Below, one piece after another: positions 9,497 through 18,600 of a stretch of 64,000 bases of DNA. The stretch spans positions 288,001-352,000 of the forward strand of contig JAWAWX010000001.1 of the NCBI GenBank assembly GCA_038897215.1, written 5' to 3'. The translations under genes were made by a program, and so were the position numbers. The notes beneath the pieces were generated by a model. That model did not search any database, was not told the origin of the DNA, and worked only from the letters and a program-made list of their open reading frames with translations. Every line of letters begins with the position of its first letter. Positions within the stretch are counted from its first letter, which is position 1. Origin of the DNA: Acidilobaceae archaeon. GTDB lineage: Archaea > Thermoproteota > Thermoprotei_A > Sulfolobales > Acidilobaceae.

Positions 9497-9556
9497 GGGG
9501 TCGGAGGAGAGTCTTGACCGCTCACAGTATCGCTACAGTCCCGCCTCGTCATCCCT
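9497..9556 (-). ncRNA. C/D box guide sRNA (target unassigned)
   Basis: ggg-ATGACGA (C, 9552-9546), guide GGCGGGACTGTA, D' GCGA, tac, C' TGTGA, guide GCGGTCAAGACTCTCCT, D CCGA (9504-9501), ccc. Confidence 0.7.
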
Positions 9557-9583
9557 CATGCTAGGAGGCGCTTCTAGAGGGTA

Positions 9584-10159
9584 TTAGTCTGATACCTCGA
9601 CTCCTCTGCTCTTGAGGGAGTCTACTAGAGCCTCCGACCTAGCGAAGACTCTGACCATGGAGTCGACTGCTACAGCCACGTAGAGCCTCCATCCCTCAAG
9701 CCCTCTAGCTCTGAGAGATGTGTATGTGTCTGCTGTCTCTCTTACCACCTCGTCGATGATGAGGAGAGCTACGTATAGAGGCGGGTGGCTCCTGAAGACT
9801 CCTGGCTTCGTCGTGGCTAGCACGATTAGAGCGGCTGAGAGGCTGGAGCCTGCTGAGAGCCCGAATCTCACTGCTCTCGAGGGGTCTCCGTCGAGGACCA
9901 GCGATAGCAGGAGCCCTGAGGCTGTCACGAAGAGCGTTGATGAAGCCACGTACGCTAGAGACGCTCTCAAGCCCATGAGTGCGAGAACCGTAGCGAGAGC
10001 CAGGAAGACTGCTAGAGCTAGAAGCAGGGGGGCTACGAGAGGCGCGACCGCGGCGGCGAGCAGTAGCAGAGCCTTAGCCGCTAACACTGCTCTGCTCGCG
10101 TGAATGGGCCCTGCTCTGCTTCTACGCTCTAGGACCTCATCTGCGACTCTCGAGACCAC
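9584..10159 (-). CDS. ECF transporter transmembrane (T) component-like protein
   Basis: Hydrophobic, with two X-Arg-Gly coupling motifs (RARG, KSRG). Overlaps the ECF ATPase gene. Confidence 0.7.
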   Translation of the reverse strand: MVSRVADEVLERRSRAGPIHASRAVLAAKALLLLAAAVAPLVAPLLLALAVFLALATVLALMGLRASLAYVASSTLFVTASGLLLSLVLDGDPSRAVRFGLSAGSSLSAALIVLATTKPGVFRSHPPLYVALLIIDEVVRETADTYTSLRARGLEGWRLYVAVAVDSMVRVFARSEALVDSLKSRGVEVSD

Positions 10160-10856
10160 ACAGCTCCACCCAGGTTGCGACTCCGGCTGATGCTAGCACC
10201 TCGTCTGAGAGCTCTCTCCAGCCCCCTCTAGCGACAAACCGCCCGTTGGCGAGTAGCGTGAACGAGTCTGGGTTCAGGAGGCTCGAGTAGGCTGTATCGT
10301 GGAGAGCGACGAGTATAGTCTTGCCTCTCCTCCTCCCGTACTCGACTAGCTCCGCTACCGCGCTAACCCCGTCTCTATCGAGGTAGGAGAAGGGCTCGTC
10401 GAGAAGCCAGACGGGCTGGTCTGCTACGAGGACCGAGGCCATCGAGACCCTCTTAGCCTCGCCCCCGCTGAGAGTGTAGGGGTTTCTATCCATCAGCTCC
10501 CGTGGCACCAGTATCTCCACCACTCTCGCGTCCCCGGGGGCTCCCGTGGCCTCCAGTATGAGGCGGAGCTCCTCCTCCACGGTCTGCTCTATGAAGCCAT
10601 AGTAGGGGTTCTGCCAGCAGTAGCCCACTGTTCTAGCCACCTCCCTCCTGCTCATCCTCCTCAAGCTCCTGCCGTCAACGTAGACTTCTCCCTCGAAGTC
10701 AACGAGCCCCGCTATGGCTCTGAAGAGCGTGCTCTTACCGGCACCGTTCCTCCCCAGAACTACGTGGACGCCGGGCCCGAACTCCCCGCTGACAGAGCTC
10801 AGGACCTCTCTCCCCTTGAACCTCACCGAGACCTCTTCGAGTCTCAGCACGGTCAC
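10137..10856 (-). CDS. ECF-type ABC ATPase (CbiO/EcfA-like)
   Basis: GRNGAGKST, QNP..TVEEE, LSGGE, LLDEP, H-loop. Confidence 0.9.
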   Translation of the reverse strand: MTVLRLEEVSVRFKGREVLSSVSGEFGPGVHVVLGRNGAGKSTLFRAIAGLVDFEGEVYVDGRSLRRMSRREVARTVGYCWQNPYYGFIEQTVEEELRLILEATGAPGDARVVEILVPRELMDRNPYTLSGGEAKRVSMASVLVADQPVWLLDEPFSYLDRDGVSAVAELVEYGRRRGKTILVALHDTAYSSLLNPDSFTLLANGRFVARGGWRELSDEVLASAGVATWVELCGLESRR

Positions 10857-10937
10857 TACGATGCCCGGGGCTCGAGAGTCTCCATGGAAAGCTTTTTAGC
10901 TATCTCAGAGCTCGAGCTCAAGGCTGAGAGAGTGCAC

Positions 10938-11444
10938 ATGAGGGGAGTGACGAGAGAGTTAGTGATATTCGGAGTCCTGGCCGCAACCTACTTCGCTCTA
11001 ACAGTCGGGCTGCACCCGATAAGCTACGGCCCCCTCCAGATCAGAGTCTCAGACATCCTCTCCCCTCTGAGCTACGTGCTGGGGCCAGCGGGAGTAGCTG
11101 GACTCACTCTGGGGACGTTTCTAGCTAACTGGTTCTCTCCCTACGGTCTCTGGGACGTGGTTATAGGCACTGCGTGTACGTTCACGTACTCTAGCATAAA
11201 CTACGCTCTATTCAGGGTATTCGGCTACAGGAAGACCCTGTTGCCCGTAGTAGCGGTAGTAGACTCTCTCGTAGTCGGGGCATTCATCGGGTTCCTCCTA
11301 CTAGGGCTGATAGCCGGCTACGGGAACCCTCTAGTGCTAGCCGCTCTCCTGACTCTCGAGGCTCTGATACCCATGAGCGTGGGAGCACTAATCCTAACCC
11401 CCAGGGTCGCTAGAGCCCTAGGAATAGAGGAGGCAACACGCTGA
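10938..11444 (+). CDS. queT: QueT family ECF S-component (7-deazaguanine precursor transporter)
   Basis: PISYGPLQIRVSD, GLTLG.FLAN.FSPYG..D signature. Start reassigned to in-frame ATG 10938. Confidence 0.85.
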   Translation: MRGVTRELVIFGVLAATYFALTVGLHPISYGPLQIRVSDILSPLSYVLGPAGVAGLTLGTFLANWFSPYGLWDVVIGTACTFTYSSINYALFRVFGYRKTLLPVVAVVDSLVVGAFIGFLLLGLIAGYGNPLVLAALLTLEALIPMSVGALILTPRVARALGIEEATR

Positions 11445-11459
11445 CAGCCCTCCCCTGAG

Positions 11460-11518
11460 GATTCAGCTCTAATACGGGTTGTTGTCACAGCCTCACCTCT
11501 TCTCCACTACATCACGCT
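11460..11518 (-). ncRNA. Probable C/D box guide sRNA
   Basis: C GTGATGT (11515-11509), guide AGTGGAGAAGAG, D' GTGA, ggc, C' TGTGA, guide CAACAACCCGTATTAGAG, D CTGA (11466-11463). Same D'-3nt-TGTGA layout as the other sRNAs. Confidence 0.65.
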
Positions 11519-11693
11519 AGAGGTCTCATGGAGCTCGCTCCGGCACTCCTATCTCGTGCTACTCTCGGGGAGAGAGCTTTCTGGGGACTCTCGACCAGCC
11601 ACTCTGGGCTTTCCAGCTGAGTGCTTGCTTCCCACCGACTATAACGCTTAAAAAACACTCCTAGCAGAAACAAGCTCTAAGTGGAAGAGGGGG

Positions 11694-12236
11694 TTGAGGA
11701 GAGCCAGGAGAGCTACAACGCTACTAGTGATACTACTGCTATTACCGATCATAGCGGCGACGGCGAACGCTCTAGCGTTCGCGTACAGGGTAGAGGTGTA
11801 TATAGACGTCCCCTCGCAGGAGCTCGCCGGGAGGACGTGCATAGGCCTAGTACCGCCTCCTTCTCAGGAGACCGTTAGAGTAGAGGTGTTACCTGGGAGG
11901 GAGCTAGAGTGCGGACACGTTGTAGTCTACGAGAGCCTTAGGCTGAGAGTATCCGCAACTCCCGGCTCCTACGTGTTCAGCGTTGGGCGGCTCTACGTCA
12001 GAACAGAGCAACCGCTCACAGTAGTCCTCTACGTTGAGAGCGGGCTAGCGGGCCAGGAGGCCGTCCTCATAGCCGAGAGCCCACGGGGTAGCATAGCGCT
12101 CCCCCTGATAGCCGGTAACTCCGCGCTACTCTCGTTCGACACAGGGGAGTCCACGGTAGACCTCTATCTAAAGTTGCGGGCAGTAAGCCCGGGCGTTGAC
12201 TACTTCAGAGTAGGGTTCTACACCTCCTCCAGGTGA
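11694..12236 (+). CDS. Hypothetical secreted or membrane-anchored beta-rich protein
   Basis: Basic N-terminus plus hydrophobic signal (MRRARRATTLLVILLLLPIIAATANALA). Confidence 0.6.
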   Translation: MRRARRATTLLVILLLLPIIAATANALAFAYRVEVYIDVPSQELAGRTCIGLVPPPSQETVRVEVLPGRELECGHVVVYESLRLRVSATPGSYVFSVGRLYVRTEQPLTVVLYVESGLAGQEAVLIAESPRGSIALPLIAGNSALLSFDTGESTVDLYLKLRAVSPGVDYFRVGFYTSSR

Positions 12237-12347
12237 CTCTAGAGTCTATGAGCTGGTAGAATGCTCTCTTAGAGGATAGTAATTTTTAAGCTCTATTATA
12301 AGAGAAAAGCTTATCTACTAGAAAGCATTTTACTATTTCAAGAAGTC

Positions 12348-13973
12348 TTGCCGGTGATGTGTTTGGCTGCAGAAGTAGAGCCTCTTTTGAAGCTCTCAGC
12401 TCTAGGGATCTACGCTCACGGGTTCTTCGTCAGCATAACGCTCGGCTTCCCTCTCGTCATCTTCTTCCTGCTATACAAGTACTCTAAGACCGGAGACGAG
12501 ACCTACATGAAGGCCGTCAAGATAGCTACCGCAGTGCTGGCTGTAAACTTCGCTCTAGGAGCCGTCACCGGGACTCTCGTCGAGTTCGGCCTAGTCCAGA
12601 TATGGCCTGGCACGATTGTAGCTATTGCTACGAGCGCTCTAGCTCCTCTAGCGCTGGAACTCATAGCCTTCGCTATGGAGATAGCTCTGCTGGTCCTCTT
12701 TATCGTGACTCTGGGCAGAGTCTCGGTGTCTAAGAGCATGGCCATCATACTAGCGTACTGGGGCTTCGCTCTATTCTCTGGAATGCTGATAACAGGCGTC
12801 AACTCCTGGCTCATGGCCCCGTGGGGGACTGGAGGGCTGGCTAGCGCTCTGTACCCCTTCATGCCGGAGTACGGCCCGGAGGCTATGGACCCGGCTAAGC
12901 TCTTCATAGTCAAGGCTCTCCTACTAGCCTCCGGAGCTCCACTTCAGGAGATCATACAGAGGCCTGAGGTGGCTGAGAAGGTAGGGCTCTTGATAGAAGA
13001 CCCCTACGTGGCCTTCAAGAGCCCCTACGCTTGGGCCTCGATAGTGCACAACCTCCTGGCAGCAGTCATAATGGGCTCCTCGATAGCTCTCGCCGCCTGG
13101 GCCTACAGGTACTATAAGACTGGGGAGAAGAGAGTGCTCAAGATAATAGCTGCTATCCTAGCCCCGATAGTGATACTCCTCCTGATCCAGGCGACGATCT
13201 CAGGGCACTTCATGGGCTCGGTTGTTGTCGAGTACAATCCGACGAAGTTCGCTATGATGGAGAGAGCTAGGGAAACATACCACAACCCGCTGATAGGCCT
13301 CCTAGCCTACCACGACCCGAGCCACCCGATCATAGGCTTCGACGAGCTGAAGAAGAGGTGCGAGGCGCTAGGCGACGCCACTCTAGGAGACCTCGCTGGA
13401 GCCCTCGGAGTGACGAGAGGAGACCTGGAGGAGGCGGCTAGAGCTCTAGGAGTAGCTCTCGATGGAGGCAGGCTGGACGCTACTCTGAGGATAAAGGCTA
13501 GAGACGTGTGCCTAGCCGACTTGGAGAAAGCCGAGGCCCTAGTCGACATCATATTCGTCTCCTACTACGCTAAGCTAGCGGGAGCGGGGGTAGCTGTAGT
13601 CTCAGCGCTACTCTTGAGCGGCATGCTCTACAACGTGCCCGTGATAACCAGCGTGTCTAGAGCTGTCTCGAGCACGCTGGGCGAGAGGAGAGCAGTGCTG
13701 GTGTTCGGAATCCTCCTCGCTCTAGGCGTCATAGCAGCCTCGAGCCTAGGCTGGTATGTGAGAGAAGTCGGTAGGAAGCCCTGGACTGTCTACGGGCTCA
13801 TATACCCGGAGGAGGTGGTAACAGTAGTCGACTACGCCTCGTCGCCACTATTCCTCCTCTACGCCTCCGCCGTCATACTAGCCGTTACTCTAGGAGGGAT
13901 GGCCGCCATGGCTCTAGTAGCCGCTAAGTACGACGAGATAACAGAGACTCTGAGGAGAGCTCTGAAGATGTAG
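12348..13973 (+). CDS. cydA: Cytochrome bd-family quinol oxidase subunit I (CydA)
   Basis: H..FV, NFALGAVTG, PLALE, VHN, PTKFAMME, GWYVREVGRKPW. Confidence 0.92.
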   Translation: MPVMCLAAEVEPLLKLSALGIYAHGFFVSITLGFPLVIFFLLYKYSKTGDETYMKAVKIATAVLAVNFALGAVTGTLVEFGLVQIWPGTIVAIATSALAPLALELIAFAMEIALLVLFIVTLGRVSVSKSMAIILAYWGFALFSGMLITGVNSWLMAPWGTGGLASALYPFMPEYGPEAMDPAKLFIVKALLLASGAPLQEIIQRPEVAEKVGLLIEDPYVAFKSPYAWASIVHNLLAAVIMGSSIALAAWAYRYYKTGEKRVLKIIAAILAPIVILLLIQATISGHFMGSVVVEYNPTKFAMMERARETYHNPLIGLLAYHDPSHPIIGFDELKKRCEALGDATLGDLAGALGVTRGDLEEAARALGVALDGGRLDATLRIKARDVCLADLEKAEALVDIIFVSYYAKLAGAGVAVVSALLLSGMLYNVPVITSVSRAVSSTLGERRAVLVFGILLALGVIAASSLGWYVREVGRKPWTVYGLIYPEEVVTVVDYASSPLFLLYASAVILAVTLGGMAAMALVAAKYDEITETLRRALKM

Positions 13974-13987
13974 GGGGGTGCTCTCCA

Positions 13988-15079
13988 GTGCTCTACGAGA
14001 ACCTCGCCTTCGTCCTGCTCGGTGTGGCTACGCTCGTCCACGTAGCTTTCGTGACCGTCACTCTAGGAGTCGGTCTGATAACAGCTATCTACAGGTACCT
14101 GGCCTATGTGAGGAACGACCTGGAGCTAGAGCTGTTCAGCAGGAGAGCGTTCAGGCTCCTAGCAGTCTCGGAGCTATTCTCCGGAGTCTGGGGCACGATA
14201 ATAACCGTGATCATGGCCGGGTTCTTCCCAACTCTAGTAGCTCTAGCGACCAACGTCTTGTTCCTCCCGATAGCCATAGCCATAACCGGGATAATGATCA
14301 GGATACCGTCTATAGCAGCGTTCTGGTACACCTGGGGCAGGATAAACCCCAAGTATCATGTAGCGCTAGGCTTCGTCATGGCTCTCTCAGGCTTCCTAAT
14401 CCCCTTCGGCTTTAGAGCGATATTCGCTGAGATAACTGCTCCAGAAGCTGTCGGAGCCTTCATAGCTGGAGAGACCCCGTCTCCTCTACAGGCCTACACT
14501 AGCCCGCTCTTCTGGGCTCTCTACGCTCACACAGTCTTCGCTGCCATATCAGTCGGGGGCTTCGTGGTAGTCTCCGTCTCGGCTCTCGACGGAGACGTGG
14601 CTGGAGCTAGGAGAGCTCTCCCGTACGCTCTAGTATTCCTGCTACTCCAGCCCGTGGCGGGTCTAGCCTACTACCTGACGCTAGCCGAGAACGCTAGCTA
14701 CATAGCCGACAGAGTCACTCTAGGGCTTACCGCCCCCCTCTTCTACCTCAAGCTAGTGCTCGTAGCGGCTCTCATCTACCTCTCTCTAGGCCTGAGGGGA
14801 GCTCTCGCCTCGAACAGCCTCCCAGAGACAGCAAAGTACTTGGGCCCGCTTGCTATAGCTATAGCTCTGCTAGGAGAGTTCGTCAACGACGCCTCAAGAC
14901 ACCCCTACATGGTGGTCACGGGCGAGAACGGAGTTGGGATCAGCGCTTTCTTCAACTACTACCTGAGCTTCGGCCAGGTGCTCCCAGCAGTGCTGGTAAT
15001 ACTGCTGTTCTTGATAGCGTCGCTAGTAGTGTTCACGTTCGCGCTGTACTACGCTCTAATCAAGAAGTTCGTAGTCTAG
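13988..15079 (+). CDS. Cytochrome bd-family second subunit, CydA' type (CydA paralog)
   Basis: CydA-like rather than CydB-like: H19-equivalent LVHVAFVTVTLG, ELFSGVWG, YAHT, GEFVNDASRHPY. Confidence 0.8.
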   Translation: MLYENLAFVLLGVATLVHVAFVTVTLGVGLITAIYRYLAYVRNDLELELFSRRAFRLLAVSELFSGVWGTIITVIMAGFFPTLVALATNVLFLPIAIAITGIMIRIPSIAAFWYTWGRINPKYHVALGFVMALSGFLIPFGFRAIFAEITAPEAVGAFIAGETPSPLQAYTSPLFWALYAHTVFAAISVGGFVVVSVSALDGDVAGARRALPYALVFLLLQPVAGLAYYLTLAENASYIADRVTLGLTAPLFYLKLVLVAALIYLSLGLRGALASNSLPETAKYLGPLAIAIALLGEFVNDASRHPYMVVTGENGVGISAFFNYYLSFGQVLPAVLVILLFLIASLVVFTFALYYALIKKFVV

Positions 15080-15170
15080 AATCGAGAGCCCCCTCCTCTT
15101 TCTCCTCTCCGTCTTTCTCCAGCAACCTTAATACTGTACTCGCTAGACTCTCTAGTGGGAGTCTTGGGGA

Positions 15171-15977
15171 TTGGCGTCGGCGAGAGCGCTAGCACTAGTT
15201 GCCCTAGCCGCTGTCTTGGCCGTAGCGCTGGCTGTCTACAAGCTCGGCGGAGTAGCGGGTGCCGCGAGCCCGCTCCTGCTAATCCCTCTAGACTCGTGTA
15301 GCTTCGAGGTCTCGCGAGAACTCGTCGAGAGAGGCTTAGTCGAGGGGCTCGTCGTGCACCCGGCTTCCCTAACGCCAGAGGGGTTGAGCGATGCTAGAGT
15401 AGTCCTCTTGGCAGCATACCAGCCTGAGCGAGAGATGCTGGAGTGGGTTCTAGGCCGTCTTGAGGAGAGCCAAGCTAGAGTCTATGCTTCCTCGAATATT
15501 CTGAGTGTGACGTCGAAGAGGCTGGTCCACTCATCCGACCTGAGAGCTTGGTGTGAGGAGGGTAGCGAGGAGGCTCTCGTGAGAGTTAGCGAGGCTCTCA
15601 GAGATGATGGCGTGAACCCAGCTACTTTCGCGATACCTCTAGCCCTCGTTGCAATCGTCGCGGTCACTGTAGCCGCCTCTGGTGCTGCTAGCTCTCTCTG
15701 GGAAAGGTTGCGTGAAGCCCCTTTAGTCATAGCCATTCTGGCTCTGAAGCTGAGGAAGAGAGGGAGGCTCGATGAGAGCGAAGTGCTAGCACACCCTCTC
15801 CGCGCCTCGATAATAGGGATTCTCAGAGAGTCCCCGGCCTCCTTCGCTGAGCTTCAGAGCAAGCTGGGGGTTAGCAGAGCTGTCCTCGAGTGGCACCTGG
15901 GAGTCCTCAGAGCCTATGGTGTCGTAGTCGAGGAGAGAAACGGGAGGTCGAGAGTCTACAGGCTGAGCAACGAGTAA
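15171..15977 (+). CDS. Membrane-anchored ArsR-like winged-helix transcriptional regulator
   Basis: N-terminal TM, soluble domain, second TM, then HPLRASII..LRESP..FAEL..LGVSRAVLEWHL..L...G. Confidence 0.75.
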   Translation: MASARALALVALAAVLAVALAVYKLGGVAGAASPLLLIPLDSCSFEVSRELVERGLVEGLVVHPASLTPEGLSDARVVLLAAYQPEREMLEWVLGRLEESQARVYASSNILSVTSKRLVHSSDLRAWCEEGSEEALVRVSEALRDDGVNPATFAIPLALVAIVAVTVAASGAASSLWERLREAPLVIAILALKLRKRGRLDESEVLAHPLRASIIGILRESPASFAELQSKLGVSRAVLEWHLGVLRAYGVVVEERNGRSRVYRLSNE

Positions 15978-16071
15978 GCTGTATCGCTCCCAAGTCTTCT
16001 CGGTTTGAGTATCGAGCCTTCTAGCGCTTATTTTAGGTCTCTAGCTCTCCTCGGCTCTCGAGTGGTCGAGC

Positions 16072-17514
16072 TTGATAGTAGTCAAGTCGAGGAGCGGGAG
16101 CTCTCTGAAGGTTGAGGGCTTCAGAGTCAGAGTGGTCGAGAAGATCTCCCTGCCCCCCGTCGGCAAGAGGCTCGAGGCGATCAGGAGGGCTGGCTGGAAC
16201 ACGTTCTTGCTGAGAGCCGACGAGGTCTTCCTAGACATGCTCACAGACAGCGGAGTCAACGCTATGAGCTTGAAGCAGGTAGCGTCTATGATTGAAGCGC
16301 AGGACGCCTACGCTGGTAGCCGCTCTTTCTACGAGCTCGCTGAGGCAGTAGAGGAGGTGCTGGGGTTCAGTCTAGTCCTCCCAGTACATCAAGGTAGAGC
16401 CGCGGAGCACCTGCTAGCCAGGGTTTTCGTGAAGCCGGGTAGCTACGTGGTGACAAACTATCACTTCACGACGACCAAGGCGCACGTGGAGCTCGCCGGA
16501 GGGGAGATGATAGAGATCCCCGTGAGAGAAGCTCTAGACCCTAGGAGCAGACACCCGTTCAAAGGGGATATAGACGTAGCCAGGCTCGAGGAGATACTCA
16601 GGAAGGAGAGAGACCGCGTAGCCTTCGTCAGACTGGAGGCCGTAGCGAACCTGCTGGGAGGGCAGCCTGTCTCTATGAGGAACGTTAGAGAAGCGCGAGA
16701 GCTCTGCGAGAGATACGGAGTCCCCCTGGTCATAGACGGGAGCATGATAGATTGGAACTCGTACTTCATAAAGGAGAGAGAGCCGGGCTACGGCTCTAAG
16801 ACTCTGAGAGAGATAACTAGAGAGTTCGCTAGCTACGCTGACGTATTCTACATGAGCGCCAGAAAGGCTCCCTCCGTGCGGGGAGGTTTCATAGCCACGA
16901 ACGACAAGAAGGTCTACGAGAAGCTCTACACTCTAGTCCCTGTCTACGAGGGGTTCCCGACCTATGGGGGGATGTCGATCAAGGAGGTTGCAGCCATGGC
17001 TGTAGGGTTGAGGGAGATGGTCGAGGAGGAGCTCGTGGGCTCAGAGGTGGAGCTGATAAGGTACGTGGTGGAGGAGCTAGACAAGAGCGGAGTCCCCGTC
17101 GTGCTCCCACCGGGAGGGCTCGGGGTCCACTTAGACGCCGCGTCCTTCCTAGACCATCTCCCCAGAGAGCGGTACCCTGCTGGTAGCCTCGCCGCTGCTC
17201 TCTACATAGCCTCGGGCGTTAGAGCGATGGAGAGAGGCACGCTATCGCTAGACAGGGCTAGAGACGGCAGAGAGATATACGCTGACCTAGAGCTGGTGAG
17301 GATAGCGTTCCCCAGGAGGACATACCTCAGGTCTCACGCAGACTACCTGATAGACAGAGTGCTCTGGCTCTACGAGCACAGAGACCTAGTCAAGGGGCTG
17401 AGGTGGGTCTACGAGCCCCCCGTTCTCAGATTCTTCCTAGGCAGGCTAGAGGACGTGGACGAGTGGGGCTCGGAGCTCGCCAGAGCCTACGAGAGAGAGC
17501 TCGGAGAATACTGA
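16072..17514 (+). CDS. tnaA: Tryptophanase / tyrosine phenol-lyase family PLP beta-eliminating lyase (TPL-type specificity residues)
   Basis: DMLTDSG, YAGS, HQGRAAE, FKGDID, GGQPVS, MSARK (PLP lysine), YEGFPTYGG, PRRTY. The symbol follows family convention; see findings. Confidence 0.88.
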   Translation: MIVVKSRSGSSLKVEGFRVRVVEKISLPPVGKRLEAIRRAGWNTFLLRADEVFLDMLTDSGVNAMSLKQVASMIEAQDAYAGSRSFYELAEAVEEVLGFSLVLPVHQGRAAEHLLARVFVKPGSYVVTNYHFTTTKAHVELAGGEMIEIPVREALDPRSRHPFKGDIDVARLEEILRKERDRVAFVRLEAVANLLGGQPVSMRNVREARELCERYGVPLVIDGSMIDWNSYFIKEREPGYGSKTLREITREFASYADVFYMSARKAPSVRGGFIATNDKKVYEKLYTLVPVYEGFPTYGGMSIKEVAAMAVGLREMVEEELVGSEVELIRYVVEELDKSGVPVVLPPGGLGVHLDAASFLDHLPRERYPAGSLAAALYIASGVRAMERGTLSLDRARDGREIYADLELVRIAFPRRTYLRSHADYLIDRVLWLYEHRDLVKGLRWVYEPPVLRFFLGRLEDVDEWGSELARAYERELGEY

Positions 17515-17597
17515 GCCGGCGACCGAGGCGAGTCTCCCAGCCGGCTTAGAGGTGGCTCTCTCTGAGGAGAGTCAAGCTCGGGAAGAGCGGCCCTACC

Positions 17598-18551
17598 GTG
17601 AGCGCTATAGGGCTCGGCTTCTGGCAAGCTGGCTCGAGGCTGTGGTCTTCGAGCATGACTATCGGAGACCTGGTGAGAGCTCTGGAGGTAGCGCTCGAGA
17701 CCGGCTTGAGCCTCCTAGACACCGCTGAGGTCTACGGGCTCGGCAGGTCTGAAGAGATGCTGGGCGAGGCTCTGAGAGCCGTGGGCAGAGAGGGCTTCGT
17801 GGTAGCGAGCAAGGTGGCGGGCTTTAGAGTCGGGGAGAGAGACGTGGTTAGAGCAGTGGAGGCTATCAACAAGCGGCTGGGCTCGGTCGTCGACGTGATC
17901 CAGCTCCACTGGCCTCCTCCAGTCTGGAGCGACTTCTGCGAGCCCGTGAGAGGGCTGGAGAGAGCAGTAGCGGAGGGCCTAGCGCACTACTATGGGCTCT
18001 CGAACTTCGACGCGGAGGAGGTGGAGAGAGCTCTAGAATGCTCTAAGCGCATAGAGCCTGTCAGCGACCAGGTGCAGTACAGTCTAGCCTTCAGAGCCCC
18101 CGAGGCTAGACTGAAGCCTCTCCTAGACTCGAGAGGGCTGAGCCTCATAGCCTGGAGTCCTCTAGCCAAGGGGGCTCTAGCTGGAGCAAAGCCCACATCG
18201 CTGGCTCAGAGACTAGACCCCGTCTTCGGAGAAGCGTCGAGAGACGAGAAGCTCCAGAGAGCTCTGGAGTCGGCGGCCTCCAGGCTGGGAGCCACAAAAG
18301 CTCAGGTAGCGTTAGCCTGGCTCGTAGCCAAAGGCTCCATACCGATACCGGGCTTCAGGCGCTCGGAGAGAGTGAGAGAGATAGCTGGAGCAGCCCTCCT
18401 AGACCTCTCCGAGAGCGTTGTGAGAGAGCTCGACGAAGCATCCAGGAGGTATCTGGAGAGGTGGGGCTCTAGAGTCTGGAGTTCTAGAGCCACCAGGCTG
18501 GCTCCCGCACTCCTACAGAGGGTCGCTATAGCGCTCCTGGGAGGCATTTAG
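17598..18551 (+). CDS. Aldo/keto reductase
   Basis: IGLGFWQ, DTAEVYG.G.SE, QLHWP, GLSNF, AWSPLAKG, PIPG. Confidence 0.92.
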   Translation: MSAIGLGFWQAGSRLWSSSMTIGDLVRALEVALETGLSLLDTAEVYGLGRSEEMLGEALRAVGREGFVVASKVAGFRVGERDVVRAVEAINKRLGSVVDVIQLHWPPPVWSDFCEPVRGLERAVAEGLAHYYGLSNFDAEEVERALECSKRIEPVSDQVQYSLAFRAPEARLKPLLDSRGLSLIAWSPLAKGALAGAKPTSLAQRLDPVFGEASRDEKLQRALESAASRLGATKAQVALAWLVAKGSIPIPGFRRSERVREIAGAALLDLSESVVRELDEASRRYLERWGSRVWSSRATRLAPALLQRVAIALLGGI

Positions 18552-18600
18552 GTCTATTGAGTCTATTAGGCTTCGTTGAGATAAGCCGATTTGGATAAAT

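Noticed and set aside
10764-10937. Long N-terminal extension of QueT in the ORF track
   Set aside because: Overlaps the divergent ATPase gene and promoter; family similarity starts at ATG 10938
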